Part shown: in pieces, positions 26,748 to 36,791 of the stretch
Layout: every line of letters starts with the position of its first letter
Numbering within the stretch: position 1 is the stretch's first letter
Assembly (NCBI GenBank): GCA_963810095.1
Contig: CAWEMM010000007.1
Location: 96,001 to 160,000, forward strand
Direction of reading: 5' to 3'
Length of the DNA: 64,000 bases
DNA from: an uncultured Chloroflexia bacterium
GTDB taxonomy: Bacteria; Chloroflexota; Anaerolineae; CG2-30-64-16
Notes under the pieces: generated by a model
The model's database searches: none
What the model was told of the DNA's origin: nothing
The model's input: only the letters and a program-made list of their open reading frames with translations
Position numbers and translations under genes: made by a program

Positions 26748-29252
26748 CTACCGCACTTCAAACTCCTTTATGATCCACGATTGGCTTTCTGTCAGTAAGC
26801 CCGTGCGTGTAGTGAGGCGTTTGCCGTCCGCGGCCTGGTAGGCGCCCACGATCAGGCGGTAGCGGCCGGGCGCAAGGTCCGCGGGCAGCGACAACGTGTG
26901 CCGGTCGCGGACGAGCTCGCCGGGCTGCCAGTTCGTTGTCGGGTAGCGACCGCCGAGCGGCTGCTCTTCCAGGTTGGCGGCGACGGCGCCTTGCTCGTCC
27001 AGCGCCTGGATGACGACGACGAGCGGCTCGCCCGGTGCCTCAAGCGCCTGCCAGAGGAGATCCACGGGCACTACGCCGCCGGCCCCGACCGCGGCGACCG
27101 GCGTGCCGGCCTCGATCAGCGCAAGCGGACCGAACTGCGCAAGTGCGGGCAGGGCAGAGGTTCCTTCGGCACGTTGTACGGTCACCCGCCCGAGCACTAA
27201 GCCCGGATCGGCCGGCACCGCGCCGTTCACCGGCGTGCCGCTTAAGGGTCGTCCGGTGCCTGCATCATACGGGACCAGTACCAGGTCATAATCGCCCGGG
27301 ACCGTGCCCTGCGGCACCGTCAGCGCGAGCGGCTGGCGCTGGACCACGTTGGCCGGCCAATTCTCGGACGTAAACAGCGGGCCAAGCGGCTGCTCGTCGG
27401 ACGCGGCCCACACGTCGCCCCCCGCATCGGCGAGCCGCAGCGACGTGCCAAGGGTGATGGTGAGCGGAGTGGTCGGCAGCCAGAACGCGCTCGAAAACAG
27501 AGTCGCGCCGGGTCGTGCGCTCTCGGGGGGTGGGACGATCCGCAGCGCCAGGTCGCCGAAGATGGCGCCCGGCGCGCCGGCCTCCCACGCGGCGCCGTCG
27601 CGCGACGTGTATCCCTCCACCCGCAAGTAGGCCTCGCCGGGGTAGGTGCGCTCGTCCAGTTCCTGCCCGTGGCGCGACAGCAGGGCACGGATGAGGCCGT
27701 CCGGATCGTTCACCGTGTCGTAGATACGGTAGTGCCACACCCGGCCGAACCGGTCAAGCAGGTCCGCCACCTTCTCTTTCGCCACCTGCGAGGGCATGGC
27801 AAAGAAGTCCGAGCGCGAGTCGCCCCAGCCGAGCCCGGCATCGCCGTCCGTGTGGCCGGTGGTGACCATGACGAGCGCGTCGTCGGAACGCGCTTCGGGC
27901 AGCGCGCCGGTGAGCCGGTAGCGGCCTGCGATGTCGCCGTCCCAATAGGTTGCGAGGGCAGTGTAGGCCCAGCCCGCGTTCACCAGCACCACGTCGCCCG
28001 GCCGCCAGCGCGCTTGGAGCTCGCGCACAGCCGCCCGATGATCGTCGGCGGCGAAGGCGGGGTTGAACCAGAACTCGCGGAGGGAAAGCGCTGCGCCAAG
28101 CAATAGAACGAGCCCGGCGACACCCGCGGCCCCGCGCGAGCGCCGCCCCAGCCAGACCAGGCCCCCTGCCAGGACGATGTAGAAGGCCGGGCTGTAGGTG
28201 AAAAGGTAGCGCACGTGATACAGCGGCGTGGCAAAAGAGATGACCAGGATCAGGAATAGTGGGCCGAGCGTAGCCACTGCCAGGGCTACCGCCGCGGCCA
28301 CGCCCTTACGCCGGGCAAAAAACCGCAGCCCAAGCGCGTAAAGCGCCAGCGTCAGCAGCAGCGCGGGCCAGATCCACACGGGCGCGGCCGGGCCAAACGA
28401 CAGCGCTTGCCAGCTTTCCAGCAGCGCGGCGGGCAACTGGGGGACCGCCCGCCAGGGCGGGACGGGTGGCTGGGTGGCCTGCCGGAACGCGGTTCCGATC
28501 CATGGCGCGTACAGCACCGCGGCCGCCAGGTTCGCGAGGACGAGAGGCCACACGGACCGTTTCCGCCGCAGCAGGACAACCAGTGCCCAGAGATTGAGGG
28601 CTGCGAGCAGAAAGGCGAAATAGTACAGCACGTACGTGCCCAGCGCGGCCGCGAGCGCGTACACGACATAGGGCCGGTTGGTGGTTGCGTCCACGGCAGC
28701 GAGCAGCGCCCAGAGCACGACCAGGCCCAGGGCGGCGCCCAGCGTGTACATCCGTACTTCCTGGCTGTACCACACGTTGAACGGGCTGAGCGCGACGAGC
28801 AGCGCGGCGACGAGCGCGACGGTGCGGCCTCCGAGGCGCCGCGCGAGCGCATAGACCAGCGCGATCAACAGCACGCCGAAGAAAAGGGAGAAGAAGCCGG
28901 AGGCGAACTCGAGGCCGTTGCCGTGCGGATCGGCCCGGCCGGTGGGATATCCGGACAGCACCAGCCAGCCGCGCAGCAGCAGGTAGTAGCCGGGCGGATG
29001 GATGTCGCCCGCCGTGTGGCGTAGCAGCTCGCCGACAGGGCTGCCCGCGAGATAGGTGCTGACTGTCTCGTCATACCACAGGCTGCCCGCGCCCAGGTGA
29101 AACCCCCGGAGAGCCGTCCCGGCGAGCAGGACCGCAAGGAGCGCGACTCGCTCGCGTGCTGCGACGCGGCCCATCGGGCCCGGTTCGCCGTTGATCCCGC
29201 TGGTCATGGCTGCGACCCAACCCCTGGCCGGGCAGGCGGCTTCATGAGGCAT
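26748..29252 (-). CDS. GT-C fold glycosyltransferase (PMT-like) with extracellular beta-sandwich C-terminal domains; start uncertain (29252 or 29207)
   Basis: SLWYDE, DIHPPGYY, YSQEVRMY; C-terminal YPTTNWQPGELVRDRH...PGRY. Confidence 0.85.
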   Translation of the reverse strand: MPHEAACPARGWVAAMTSGINGEPGPMGRVAARERVALLAVLLAGTALRGFHLGAGSLWYDETVSTYLAGSPVGELLRHTAGDIHPPGYYLLLRGWLVLSGYPTGRADPHGNGLEFASGFFSLFFGVLLIALVYALARRLGGRTVALVAALLVALSPFNVWYSQEVRMYTLGAALGLVVLWALLAAVDATTNRPYVVYALAAALGTYVLYYFAFLLAALNLWALVVLLRRKRSVWPLVLANLAAAVLYAPWIGTAFRQATQPPVPPWRAVPQLPAALLESWQALSFGPAAPVWIWPALLLTLALYALGLRFFARRKGVAAAVALAVATLGPLFLILVISFATPLYHVRYLFTYSPAFYIVLAGGLVWLGRRSRGAAGVAGLVLLLGAALSLREFWFNPAFAADDHRAAVRELQARWRPGDVVLVNAGWAYTALATYWDGDIAGRYRLTGALPEARSDDALVMVTTGHTDGDAGLGWGDSRSDFFAMPSQVAKEKVADLLDRFGRVWHYRIYDTVNDPDGLIRALLSRHGQELDERTYPGEAYLRVEGYTSRDGAAWEAGAPGAIFGDLALRIVPPPESARPGATLFSSAFWLPTTPLTITLGTSLRLADAGGDVWAASDEQPLGPLFTSENWPANVVQRQPLALTVPQGTVPGDYDLVLVPYDAGTGRPLSGTPVNGAVPADPGLVLGRVTVQRAEGTSALPALAQFGPLALIEAGTPVAAVGAGGVVPVDLLWQALEAPGEPLVVVIQALDEQGAVAANLEEQPLGGRYPTTNWQPGELVRDRHTLSLPADLAPGRYRLIVGAYQAADGKRLTTRTGLLTESQSWIIKEFEVR

Positions 29253-29397
29253 CCTTTCGTGGGGGAGGTGCGATGATGTTATACTCTATCACAGAACGTC
29301 AGATTAGCCACAGGGTTCGCAGCGGGTTTCGACGGCCCGCTGCACCGGGTCTCTGAAAGGCCCGGCGGATGCTGCGGCAAAGAACGGAGCACGCCCC

Positions 29398-30219
29398 ATG
29401 CCTGAGACTGTCCTTGCGCTCGTACCCCATCCCGACGACGCGGAATACTACTGCGGCGGCACGCTCGCCAAGTTCGTGGCCGAAGGAGCGCGGGTGCACA
29501 TCGTTGTGGCCACCGACGGCCGTAAGGGCTCTTTCCAGGAGGAAAGCAACACGCTCGCCGAGCTGCGTGCGGAAGAGATGCGGCGGGCAGCCGCTGCGCT
29601 GGGCGCTCAGCCGCCCATTCTGCTCGGTTTCCCCGACATGGAGCTCGACACGCTGCGGCCGGGCGTGCTGCGCGAGCAGTTCGTGCGTGCAATCCGGCAG
29701 ATCAGGCCCGACGTAGTGTTTGCCCAGGACCCGTACGCGCTCTACGAGCCGCACCCCGACCATCGGGCGGTCGCCTGGGCTGCCACCGAGGCGATCAACT
29801 GCAGCAAGCTGCCCCTGGCTTATCCGCAGCACCTGGCAGAGGGGCTGCAGCCGCATTGGGTGCGCGAGAAGTATTTCTACGGGGACGTGTTGCCGGGCGC
29901 GAACCGCTTCGTCGACACGTCGCCCTACATCGGCCGCAAGCTGGCCGCGATGGGGGAGCACCGGTCGCAGGTCGTGTTCCTTGTTGAGGACGTCTTGCGC
30001 CAGGGGGCGATGGCCGGGCTCGATGCAGCGCAGTTCGCGGGTCCTGCCTCGACTAATCCACTCGACCTGCTGCATTACGGCCTGCGTGCGCAGGACGCCG
30101 AGACCGGGCGGAAGTACGGCGTAGCCTACGCCGAGGAGTTCCGCTGGAGCCGTTATCACCCCCTCGTCGAGGCCGCGCTGGCGGGCATGACGCCTGCGGG
30201 GCGGGGGAGCGCGGCATGA
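29398..30219 (+). CDS. PIG-L/LmbE family deacetylase
   Basis: PHPDDAE, TDG, R.EE, HPDH, H.SQ, YAEEF. Confidence 0.92.
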   Translation: MPETVLALVPHPDDAEYYCGGTLAKFVAEGARVHIVVATDGRKGSFQEESNTLAELRAEEMRRAAAALGAQPPILLGFPDMELDTLRPGVLREQFVRAIRQIRPDVVFAQDPYALYEPHPDHRAVAWAATEAINCSKLPLAYPQHLAEGLQPHWVREKYFYGDVLPGANRFVDTSPYIGRKLAAMGEHRSQVVFLVEDVLRQGAMAGLDAAQFAGPASTNPLDLLHYGLRAQDAETGRKYGVAYAEEFRWSRYHPLVEAALAGMTPAGRGSAA

Positions 30220-31586
30220 AGCTGACCATCGTCGGGGCGGGGGGCGTCCGGACGCCGCTGATCGTCGCTGCGATGGCGCGGCGGCAGGCGCAGCTTGGTA
30301 TCGCCGAAGTGAGCCTGATGGACATCGACGGCCCCCGGCTCGAACTCATCGGCCAACTCCTGCCCGCGGACGCGCCGTTTACGATCACCGCCACTACCGA
30401 TGCCCGGGAGGCGCTGCGGGACGCGGACTACGTGATCACGACCTTCCGGGTGGGCGGGATCGCCTCGCGGGTGGTCGACGAGACGGTGCCGCTGAGCTTC
30501 GGGGTCCTCGGCCAGGAGACCACCGGGCCGGGCGGGTTCGCGATGGCCATGCGCTCCATTCCCGTGCTGCTGGGCTACATCGGGCTAATGGCGGAGGTCT
30601 GCCCCGCGCCTGGTTGATCAACTTCGCCAATCCAGCCGGGCTGATGGCAGAGGCCGCCGTTCGACTCGGCGGATGGGCGCGCACGGTGGGCATCTGCGAT
30701 GCGCCGGAAGGGATGGCGCGGGTGGCGGCCGCGGTCCTGGACGCAAGCCCGCGGGACATCTACCTCGACTACTTCGGGCTGAATCACCTCGGCTGGGTAC
30801 GTGGGGTGCACTACCGCGGGACGCGACCACCTGCCGCACCTCATTGAGATGATTCGGGGGTTCGGCGGGCTGCCCGGCCTGCCGTTCTCTGCGGACTTCA
30901 TCGCGTCGCTCGGCATGATCCCCAACGAGTACCTGTTTTACTACTATCACGGCCGGCAGGCGGTGGAGAACTTGCTGCGGGCGGGCACGACGCGCGGGCA
31001 GCAGTTGGTGGCGCTCAACGAAGCGCTGTTCGACCGGCTGGCGTGGCTGGCGGATGAGGGCGACACAGCAGGCATGCTCGAGGCGCACCGGGCCTACCTG
31101 CACGAGCGCGGGGACTCATACATGGTGCGTGAGACCGGCGCAGCGCACGATCTGGGCGCGCTCGGTCCTGCGTTCCAGGCTGCGCTGGAAGGCGAGGGTT
31201 ACGCGGGCATCGCGCTCGACGTGATCGAAGGATTGAGCGGCAAGGGCGCCCGGCACATGGTCGTCAACGTGCCGAACGGAGGCGCGATTCCGCAGATGGA
31301 GCAGGATGCTGTCGTCGAGATCCCCGCGTACATCGGCCGCGACCTCGTGCGCCCGCTTGCCGTCGGCCCCGTGCCGCCCGAGCAGCTGTCGCTGATGCAG
31401 GCAGTCAAGGCATACGAGCGGCTGACGATCGAGGCCGTCCGTTCGGGCTCGCGGGCGGCGGCGGTTCACGCGTTGGCAGTTCATCCGCTCGTGCGCGACG
31501 TCCGCGTCGCCGAGCGCATCCTGGACGGCTATATCGAGGGGCACGGCAGCGCCGCCCGCGGCGGCTCGTTCCCCGAGCTAAGGTAG
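30216..31586 (+). CDS. Family 4 glycoside hydrolase (6-phospho-beta-glucosidase-like), two frameshifts near 30610 and 30820
   Basis: MKLTIVGAGG, GQETTGPGG, NFANP, GICD, GLNHLGW, IPNEYLFYYY, VKAYERL. Confidence 0.92.
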
Positions 31587-31590
31587 GATC

Positions 31591-32496
31591 ATGGCCCGAC
31601 GTTACGACGTGTTGGTGGTCAGCGACTATTTCCTGGACCTGGTTTTCACCGGACTGCCGCAGCTGCCTGAGTTGGGCCAGGAGGTGTTCGGCACAGGCTT
31701 TGCGATGCTGGCGGGGGGCGGGTTCAACAGCGTCGCGGCCATGCACCGGCTCGGTCTGCGGGTGGCATGGGTGGGCGACTTCGGCAACGACGAGTTCAGC
31801 CGGTTCGCGCTCGAGCAGGCCGAGGCCGAGGGGATCGACGTATCGTTTTGCGTCCGCCACCCGCGCCCGCTGCGCCGGGTCAGCGTGGCCGTCAGCTATC
31901 CCCAGGACCGTGCTTTTATCAGCTACTGCGATCCCGAGCCGGCCGTCCCCGCGGGCTTTAGGGCGCTGGCGAAAGCCTCCGCCGAGACCGTGTTCCTGGG
32001 CGGCACCGTCTGGGGCAGCTCGTTCGATGCGGGGCTGCTGCTGGTGCGCAGCCGCCGCATGAAGCTGCTGATGGACGGCAACGGCGCGGAGAAGGCGTCG
32101 CCAAAGGACGTTGGGCTGCGCCGCGCGCTGCAGAGCGTCGACCTGTTCCTGCCGAACCTGCGTGAGGCGAAGCACCTGACCGGCCAGTCTGACCCGTGCG
32201 CCGCGCTGAGCGCGCTTGCGACACTGTGCCGCCTGCCGGTGCTCAAGGCGGGCGGAGACGGCGCGTATGCGATGGTCGCGGGCAGGATCGAACACGCGCC
32301 GGCCATCCCGGTTACGCCCGTCGACACCACCGGCGCGGGCGACTGTTTCAACGCCGGGTTCATCAAGGCGTGGCTTGAAGGCCGGCCGGTGGAGGAGTGC
32401 CTGCGCTGGGGCAACGCCGTAGGTGGGCTGTCGACCACCGTCGCGGGCGGCGCGTCCCGGAGGGTGACGCCGGAAGACATCGCGGCCTATCTTTAG
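31591..32496 (+). CDS. PfkB-family carbohydrate kinase
   Basis: GDFGND, PNLREA, VDTTGAGDCFNAGF. Confidence 0.93.
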   Translation: MARRYDVLVVSDYFLDLVFTGLPQLPELGQEVFGTGFAMLAGGGFNSVAAMHRLGLRVAWVGDFGNDEFSRFALEQAEAEGIDVSFCVRHPRPLRRVSVAVSYPQDRAFISYCDPEPAVPAGFRALAKASAETVFLGGTVWGSSFDAGLLLVRSRRMKLLMDGNGAEKASPKDVGLRRALQSVDLFLPNLREAKHLTGQSDPCAALSALATLCRLPVLKAGGDGAYAMVAGRIEHAPAIPVTPVDTTGAGDCFNAGFIKAWLEGRPVEECLRWGNAVGGLSTTVAGGASRRVTPEDIAAYL

Positions 32497-32561
32497 CGCG
32501 TGGTATAATCGGCGCGCCGACGGGCTGCATGACAGCCTGCGCCGCAGGAGGATGAAGGCGT

Positions 32562-32910
32562 ATGACCCCTTGGCTGACATTTGTCATCGGTATCATTCTC
32601 GGCCTGCTGATTGGCTGGGTGATTGACCTCTTCTATCGCCAGCGCGCCGGTGGCAGAGCACGCATCTGAGTCGCCCGCGCCCCCGGTGTGGGCGCAGCCG
32701 CTGCCCGACGAGGCAAGCACGAGCGGGGCTCTCGGGGTGAGCGATGCAGCGGGGTGGCCCGAGGTCTCCGGGCGGGTCGCAGAGGTGGCAGACGAGGCGC
32801 CGGCGCTCCCGGCGGCAGAGGCGGAGGCCGGCCTGTCATCCGAGCAGGTCGAGTCCCTTGGTCCCGGCAGCGCGACCCAGGCACCCCCAGACGACACGCC
32901 CGCCGCGTAA
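32562..32910 (+). CDS. Small single-TM protein with acidic Ala/Pro-rich tail (probable frameshift near 32650)
   Basis: MTPWLTFVIGIILGLLIGWVIDLFYRQR then ORF 32623-32910; TGgTATAAT at ~32501-32509 and AGGAGG upstream. Confidence 0.55.
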
Positions 32911-32930
32911 CGGACCTGACGGCCAACGCG

Positions 32931-32965
32931 AAAGAGACCCCCGAGAACAACTCGGAGGTCTCTTT
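32931..32965. terminator. Hairpin between convergent genes
   Basis: aaagagacc.ccgag-aacaa-ctcgg.ggtctcttt. Confidence 0.65.
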
Positions 32966-32992
32966 GTTTGATCCAATGGCCGCCGGCTCGCC

Positions 32993-34712
32993 CTACCGGT
33001 CGCTGCGGCCGGGCGCCGCCTTGGGCGTCAGCAGGAGCAGCGCCATGGCCAGCGCGAGGAAGAGGCCGAAGAAGGTCCACCGGGTCGCCGGCACGTCGCT
33101 CAGTGCGGCCAGGAAGCCGTCGCCGAACTCGGCGGCGGGCAGGCTGCCGGCCGTCGTCTGGCTGGCCCGTTGCTGGGCCGCCGCAATGGCCGTCTTGGTC
33201 GTAGCGTCGTTCGCCCCGCGGGCTGCGTCGGCCAGCGTCTTCTGCGCGTCCGGGCTGGCGATTTCGCCCAGCGCCCAAGCTGCCTGGGTGCGCACGCCCG
33301 GGTCGCTGTCTTTCAGCGCGGCCGCAAGTGGCTGCACCGCGTTTTCCGGCTTGATGTAGCCGAGCATTTCAGCGGCGTGGCTGCGCACGGCCGGGTTCTG
33401 CGATTTCAAGCTCGCCACGAGCGAGTCGCCGGCCTGTGGCCCCGCCTTCTCCAGCGCGGCCATGGCCGCATGGCGGGCCGGCGTCATCTCGACATCTGCG
33501 AGCGGGACCGTCAGTGCACTTCAGCGCGGCAGGCGTCCCGATGTTGGCCAGCGCCTCGGCCGAGCGTTGTGCGACCGCGGCACGGTCTGTCCGCAGGTGC
33601 TCGGCCAGCAGGTCCACCGCCGCCTCGCTCTTGAGCAGGCCCAGCGCGTATGCCGAACGTGCCCGAACAGCTTCCTGATTCGAGGCCAGCGACTGCATCA
33701 ACGCGGGCGCCACGCTCGTGTCGCCAAGCCGGCCAATCGCCTCGGCCGCTCGGTCGCCGGCCAGCGGGTCGCCATCGTCCAGGCGGTCCATCAGCGGCTG
33801 GACGCCGGCTTTGTCGCCCAGCAGACCCAACACCCGAGCTACAGAAGCCCGCACGGCCGGGTCACCGCTGTTCAATTCATTCACCAGGTCGGGCGTGTAC
33901 TTCAGCTCCTGGGTCACCACGCCCTTGCTCGTGTCGACCGTAACGGCCAACGGCTTGCCTTCGACCGTCTGGATCGTGGTCGCCGGGCCGCCGCTCATAG
34001 GCAGTTGGTCCATCTGGAGCCACAGCCGGCCGCCGTCGACGCTCACGAAGGTGCCCACCGGCGTCATCCGGGTTTCGCTCGTTCCGGTCCATACGGCCGT
34101 GCTGGCGTAGATGATGGATTCGTCTTTCGGGTCGATCTTCAACGCAGTCACCGCAACCGGCGCGGCACCGTTCATCGAGATGGTCGGGTCGTTGACCACC
34201 TGCCAGGTTTCGCCGCCATCGCGGCTGACTGCCAGCCCGACAGATTCGGTGCCCACAAAGATCGCACCGTTGCCCTTGCTCGTGACCGCCAGCGACATGG
34301 GCCGGCTCGGAAGCTGGCCTGCATGCGCCCAGCTGGCGCCTGCATCGCGGCTAACCCAAACCGCGTTCCCGCTGCGGCCGTACACGACCTGTTCGTCACC
34401 GGGAACTGCGATCACCTCGGAGACATTCTCAGGGATGCTGGCAACTGCGTGCCAGGTCTTGCCGCCATCATCACTCCGCTCGACCTGCGTCAGGGCGTCG
34501 CCCTGCACCGTGCTGCGGTAGACAAACGCCTGCGGTTCCGACGCCTGCGCTGCGGGGGCAGCGGCGGGCGCACGGGAAGCGCTGTTGCGCGGAAAAGAGT
34601 CGGACAGGATCGGCTGCCCGATTGGGGCCAGGCCGATCAGGATCAGCAATACGGCCAGGCTGATGCGCAGCGCGGGTCGGGTGGCGAGAGTTCTAAGCCA
34701 ATTGGATTTCAT
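32993..34712 (-). CDS. Exported BNR/Asp-box propeller + HEAT-repeat protein with C-terminal TM anchor (frameshift near 33515)
   Basis: N-terminal hydrophobic segment; four SxDxGxxW Asp boxes; VRxxAAxxLG HEAT repeats; C-terminal TM; GGGAGG SD. Confidence 0.8.
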
Positions 34713-34896
34713 CTGAACTGTTCCTCCCGTAAGGGCCTCATCACGTTGTCAACTCACTGCCCTCACAATTTCACAACGCTGCACATAATCATTCGGTTCC
34801 AGGCGTCGGGAAGGATTGCACAGAGGCAAAGTGGGGGCAAAAAGACGCCAGGGGTTCCTGGGAAACCTGGTGTCTCGTCGTGTTCGAAGAGGCGGT

Positions 34897-35168
34897 TTGG
34901 CGGGGACGCTCTTGCCCCCGCCGCCCCCGACCAGGGGCTGCGCCCCTTGGAACCCCAAAGGCAACGCTGCGGGTAGATGTTCGCCTGGCTAAGTCACTGT
35001 GCGGGGGATGTGCCGGGGACGGCAAAAACCACTCGTGTATGTATCCGCCGTTGTGTGCGAAGCGAGCGTGGCGGCCCCGCACGGCCGGGGGCCCACCAGT
35101 CAAGAGGCAGCTGGCTGGCCGGGAGCGTTGCCTCTAGGGGTTTCGGGCGCCGGCCGGCCCTCGCCAAA
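34897..35168. repeat. Second copy (inverted) of the REPIN-like composite repeat
   Basis: Both arms are homologous to 20045-20360; one arm carries an internal deletion. Confidence 0.75.
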
Positions 35169-35218
35169 CAGCATGACCTACCTTGCATGGCCCGCCGACA
35201 ATTTCCCTGTGTTCGTGC

Positions 35219-36373
35219 CTAGATTGCGGCTTCGAGGATTTCGGTCAGCTCGGCGGGGGTGAGCACGATAGGGTTCGCCTTCGTGCTTGAAGCTGCGGCC
35301 GTCATCTGGACCAGCTCCGGCACGTGCTCGGCTGACACCCCGTACGCGGCCAGCGGGGGAATGTGCAGCTCGCGCGCCAGTTCCTGCACCCAGCGCACGG
35401 CGTCTGCAGCCCGGGCGGCAGCGCTGCCGGTCAGGATCGAGGCAACCTCGTCGTATTTCGCCAGGGCGGGGTGGCCGGGTTCGCGGTGGGCAAGGGCCCG
35501 GACGTTTATCGACATAACGGGAGGCAGCAGGGCCGCGCAGACTGCGCCGTGTGGTGCATGGAAGGCACCGCCGATGGGCCCGGCAAAGCCGTGCGCGGCG
35601 CCGAGCCCGGCGTTGGCCAGGCTTAAGCCGCCGAAGAGGCTTGCTAAGGACATGTCTTCGCGAGCGGCGACGTCGTCGCCGTGCTCGTACGCCCTGCGCA
35701 GCGAGCGTGCGACCCGCATCATGCCCTCACGACAGAGCGCGTCGGTCAGTGGGTTGGCGCGGCTCGACGTGAAGGGCTCGATCAGCTGCGTCAGCGCATC
35801 CAGGCCGGTGCTCGCGGTGACGGCGGGCGGCAGCGACAGCGTCAGCTCGGGATCGATCAGCGCGAGGCGCGGCAGCATCGTCGGGCTGCGCAGGCTCGCC
35901 TTGATCCCGTGCGCGGGCGACAGCAGCACGGCGTTGCGCGTTACTTCCGCGCCGGCGCCCGCGGTAGTGGGGATGGCGATGACGGGGAGCGAGGGCTGGG
36001 TAAGCAGCTTGCCGCGCCCGACGACCTCGAGATAGTCGAGGGGATCGCCGCCATTCGCGACCAACGCGGCCACTGCCTTCGCCGTATCCATGCTGCTTCC
36101 GCCGCCGAAGCCCACGACCAGGTCGCAGCCGGCGGCCGCGGCCGTGGCTGCCGCCGACCGGACCAGGTCCGTTGTCGGCTCGCCTGGCACCGCCGTAACG
36201 ACCGTCTCGAGCCCGGTCTCTGCCAGTATGTGGAGGGCACGCTCGGCCCGGACGGGGTCCGTCCCCACGGCAAGTAGGACCTTGCGCCCCATGCTCCGGG
36301 CCGCGGGACCCAGTTCCCGCAGGCAGCCGGGCCCTAAGACAATTCGCTGCGCGGTAGCAAACTCAAATCGCAT
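35219..36373 (-). CDS. Iron-containing alcohol dehydrogenase
   Basis: GGGSSMDTAK, PTTAGAGAEVT, DPELT, DALTQLIE, LGAAHG, PHG. Confidence 0.93.
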   Translation of the reverse strand: MRFEFATAQRIVLGPGCLRELGPAARSMGRKVLLAVGTDPVRAERALHILAETGLETVVTAVPGEPTTDLVRSAAATAAAAGCDLVVGFGGGSSMDTAKAVAALVANGGDPLDYLEVVGRGKLLTQPSLPVIAIPTTAGAGAEVTRNAVLLSPAHGIKASLRSPTMLPRLALIDPELTLSLPPAVTASTGLDALTQLIEPFTSSRANPLTDALCREGMMRVARSLRRAYEHGDDVAAREDMSLASLFGGLSLANAGLGAAHGFAGPIGGAFHAPHGAVCAALLPPVMSINVRALAHREPGHPALAKYDEVASILTGSAAARAADAVRWVQELARELHIPPLAAYGVSAEHVPELVQMTAAASSTKANPIVLTPAELTEILEAAI

Positions 36374-36400
36374 GGTTACGGATTCCCCGAGGCCGGGTGA

Positions 36401-36482
36401 ACCACAAAGGCACGAAGACACCTGGGTCCACGAAGTGCTCCGATCGGCCTTGGTGAACCTTGTGGCTTGGTGTCTTTGTGGT
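36401..36482. repeat. Family B palindromic repeat (CACAAAG.CAC...GTG.CTTTGTG)
   Basis: Inverted arms of ~8-bp tandem units; related copies at 43961-44032 and 56657-56723. Confidence 0.8.
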
Positions 36483-36494
36483 GCGCTCTCCTCC

Positions 36495-36791
36495 TCACCC
36501 AGGAAGATAGACGCTCTCGTACTTCACCGCGAAGCGCGGCTCGGCCATCATGTCGGCCGCACTCTCGCGCCAGCGTGCATAGTGAGCCGTCGCCTTGTGT
36601 TGTGCGAGGGCATCGCCGTCGCGGTATGCCTCGATCAGCACGAAGCGGGTCGGATCGTCGACATTCTGCACCACGTCGAAGCGCGCAATTCCCGACTCTT
36701 GCACGCTGTTCGATGCGTTGTCCACGCATAGGGCCTTAAACGGCTCGATGAATTCCGGCTTGATGTGAACGTGGATGAATACAACCTGCAT
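36495..36791 (-). CDS. ABM-domain protein (LsrG-like putative monooxygenase/isomerase)
   Basis: NSVQESGIARFDV, FVLIEAY, HKATAHYARW. Confidence 0.88.
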   Translation of the reverse strand: MQVVFIHVHIKPEFIEPFKALCVDNASNSVQESGIARFDVVQNVDDPTRFVLIEAYRDGDALAQHKATAHYARWRESAADMMAEPRFAVKYESVYLPG

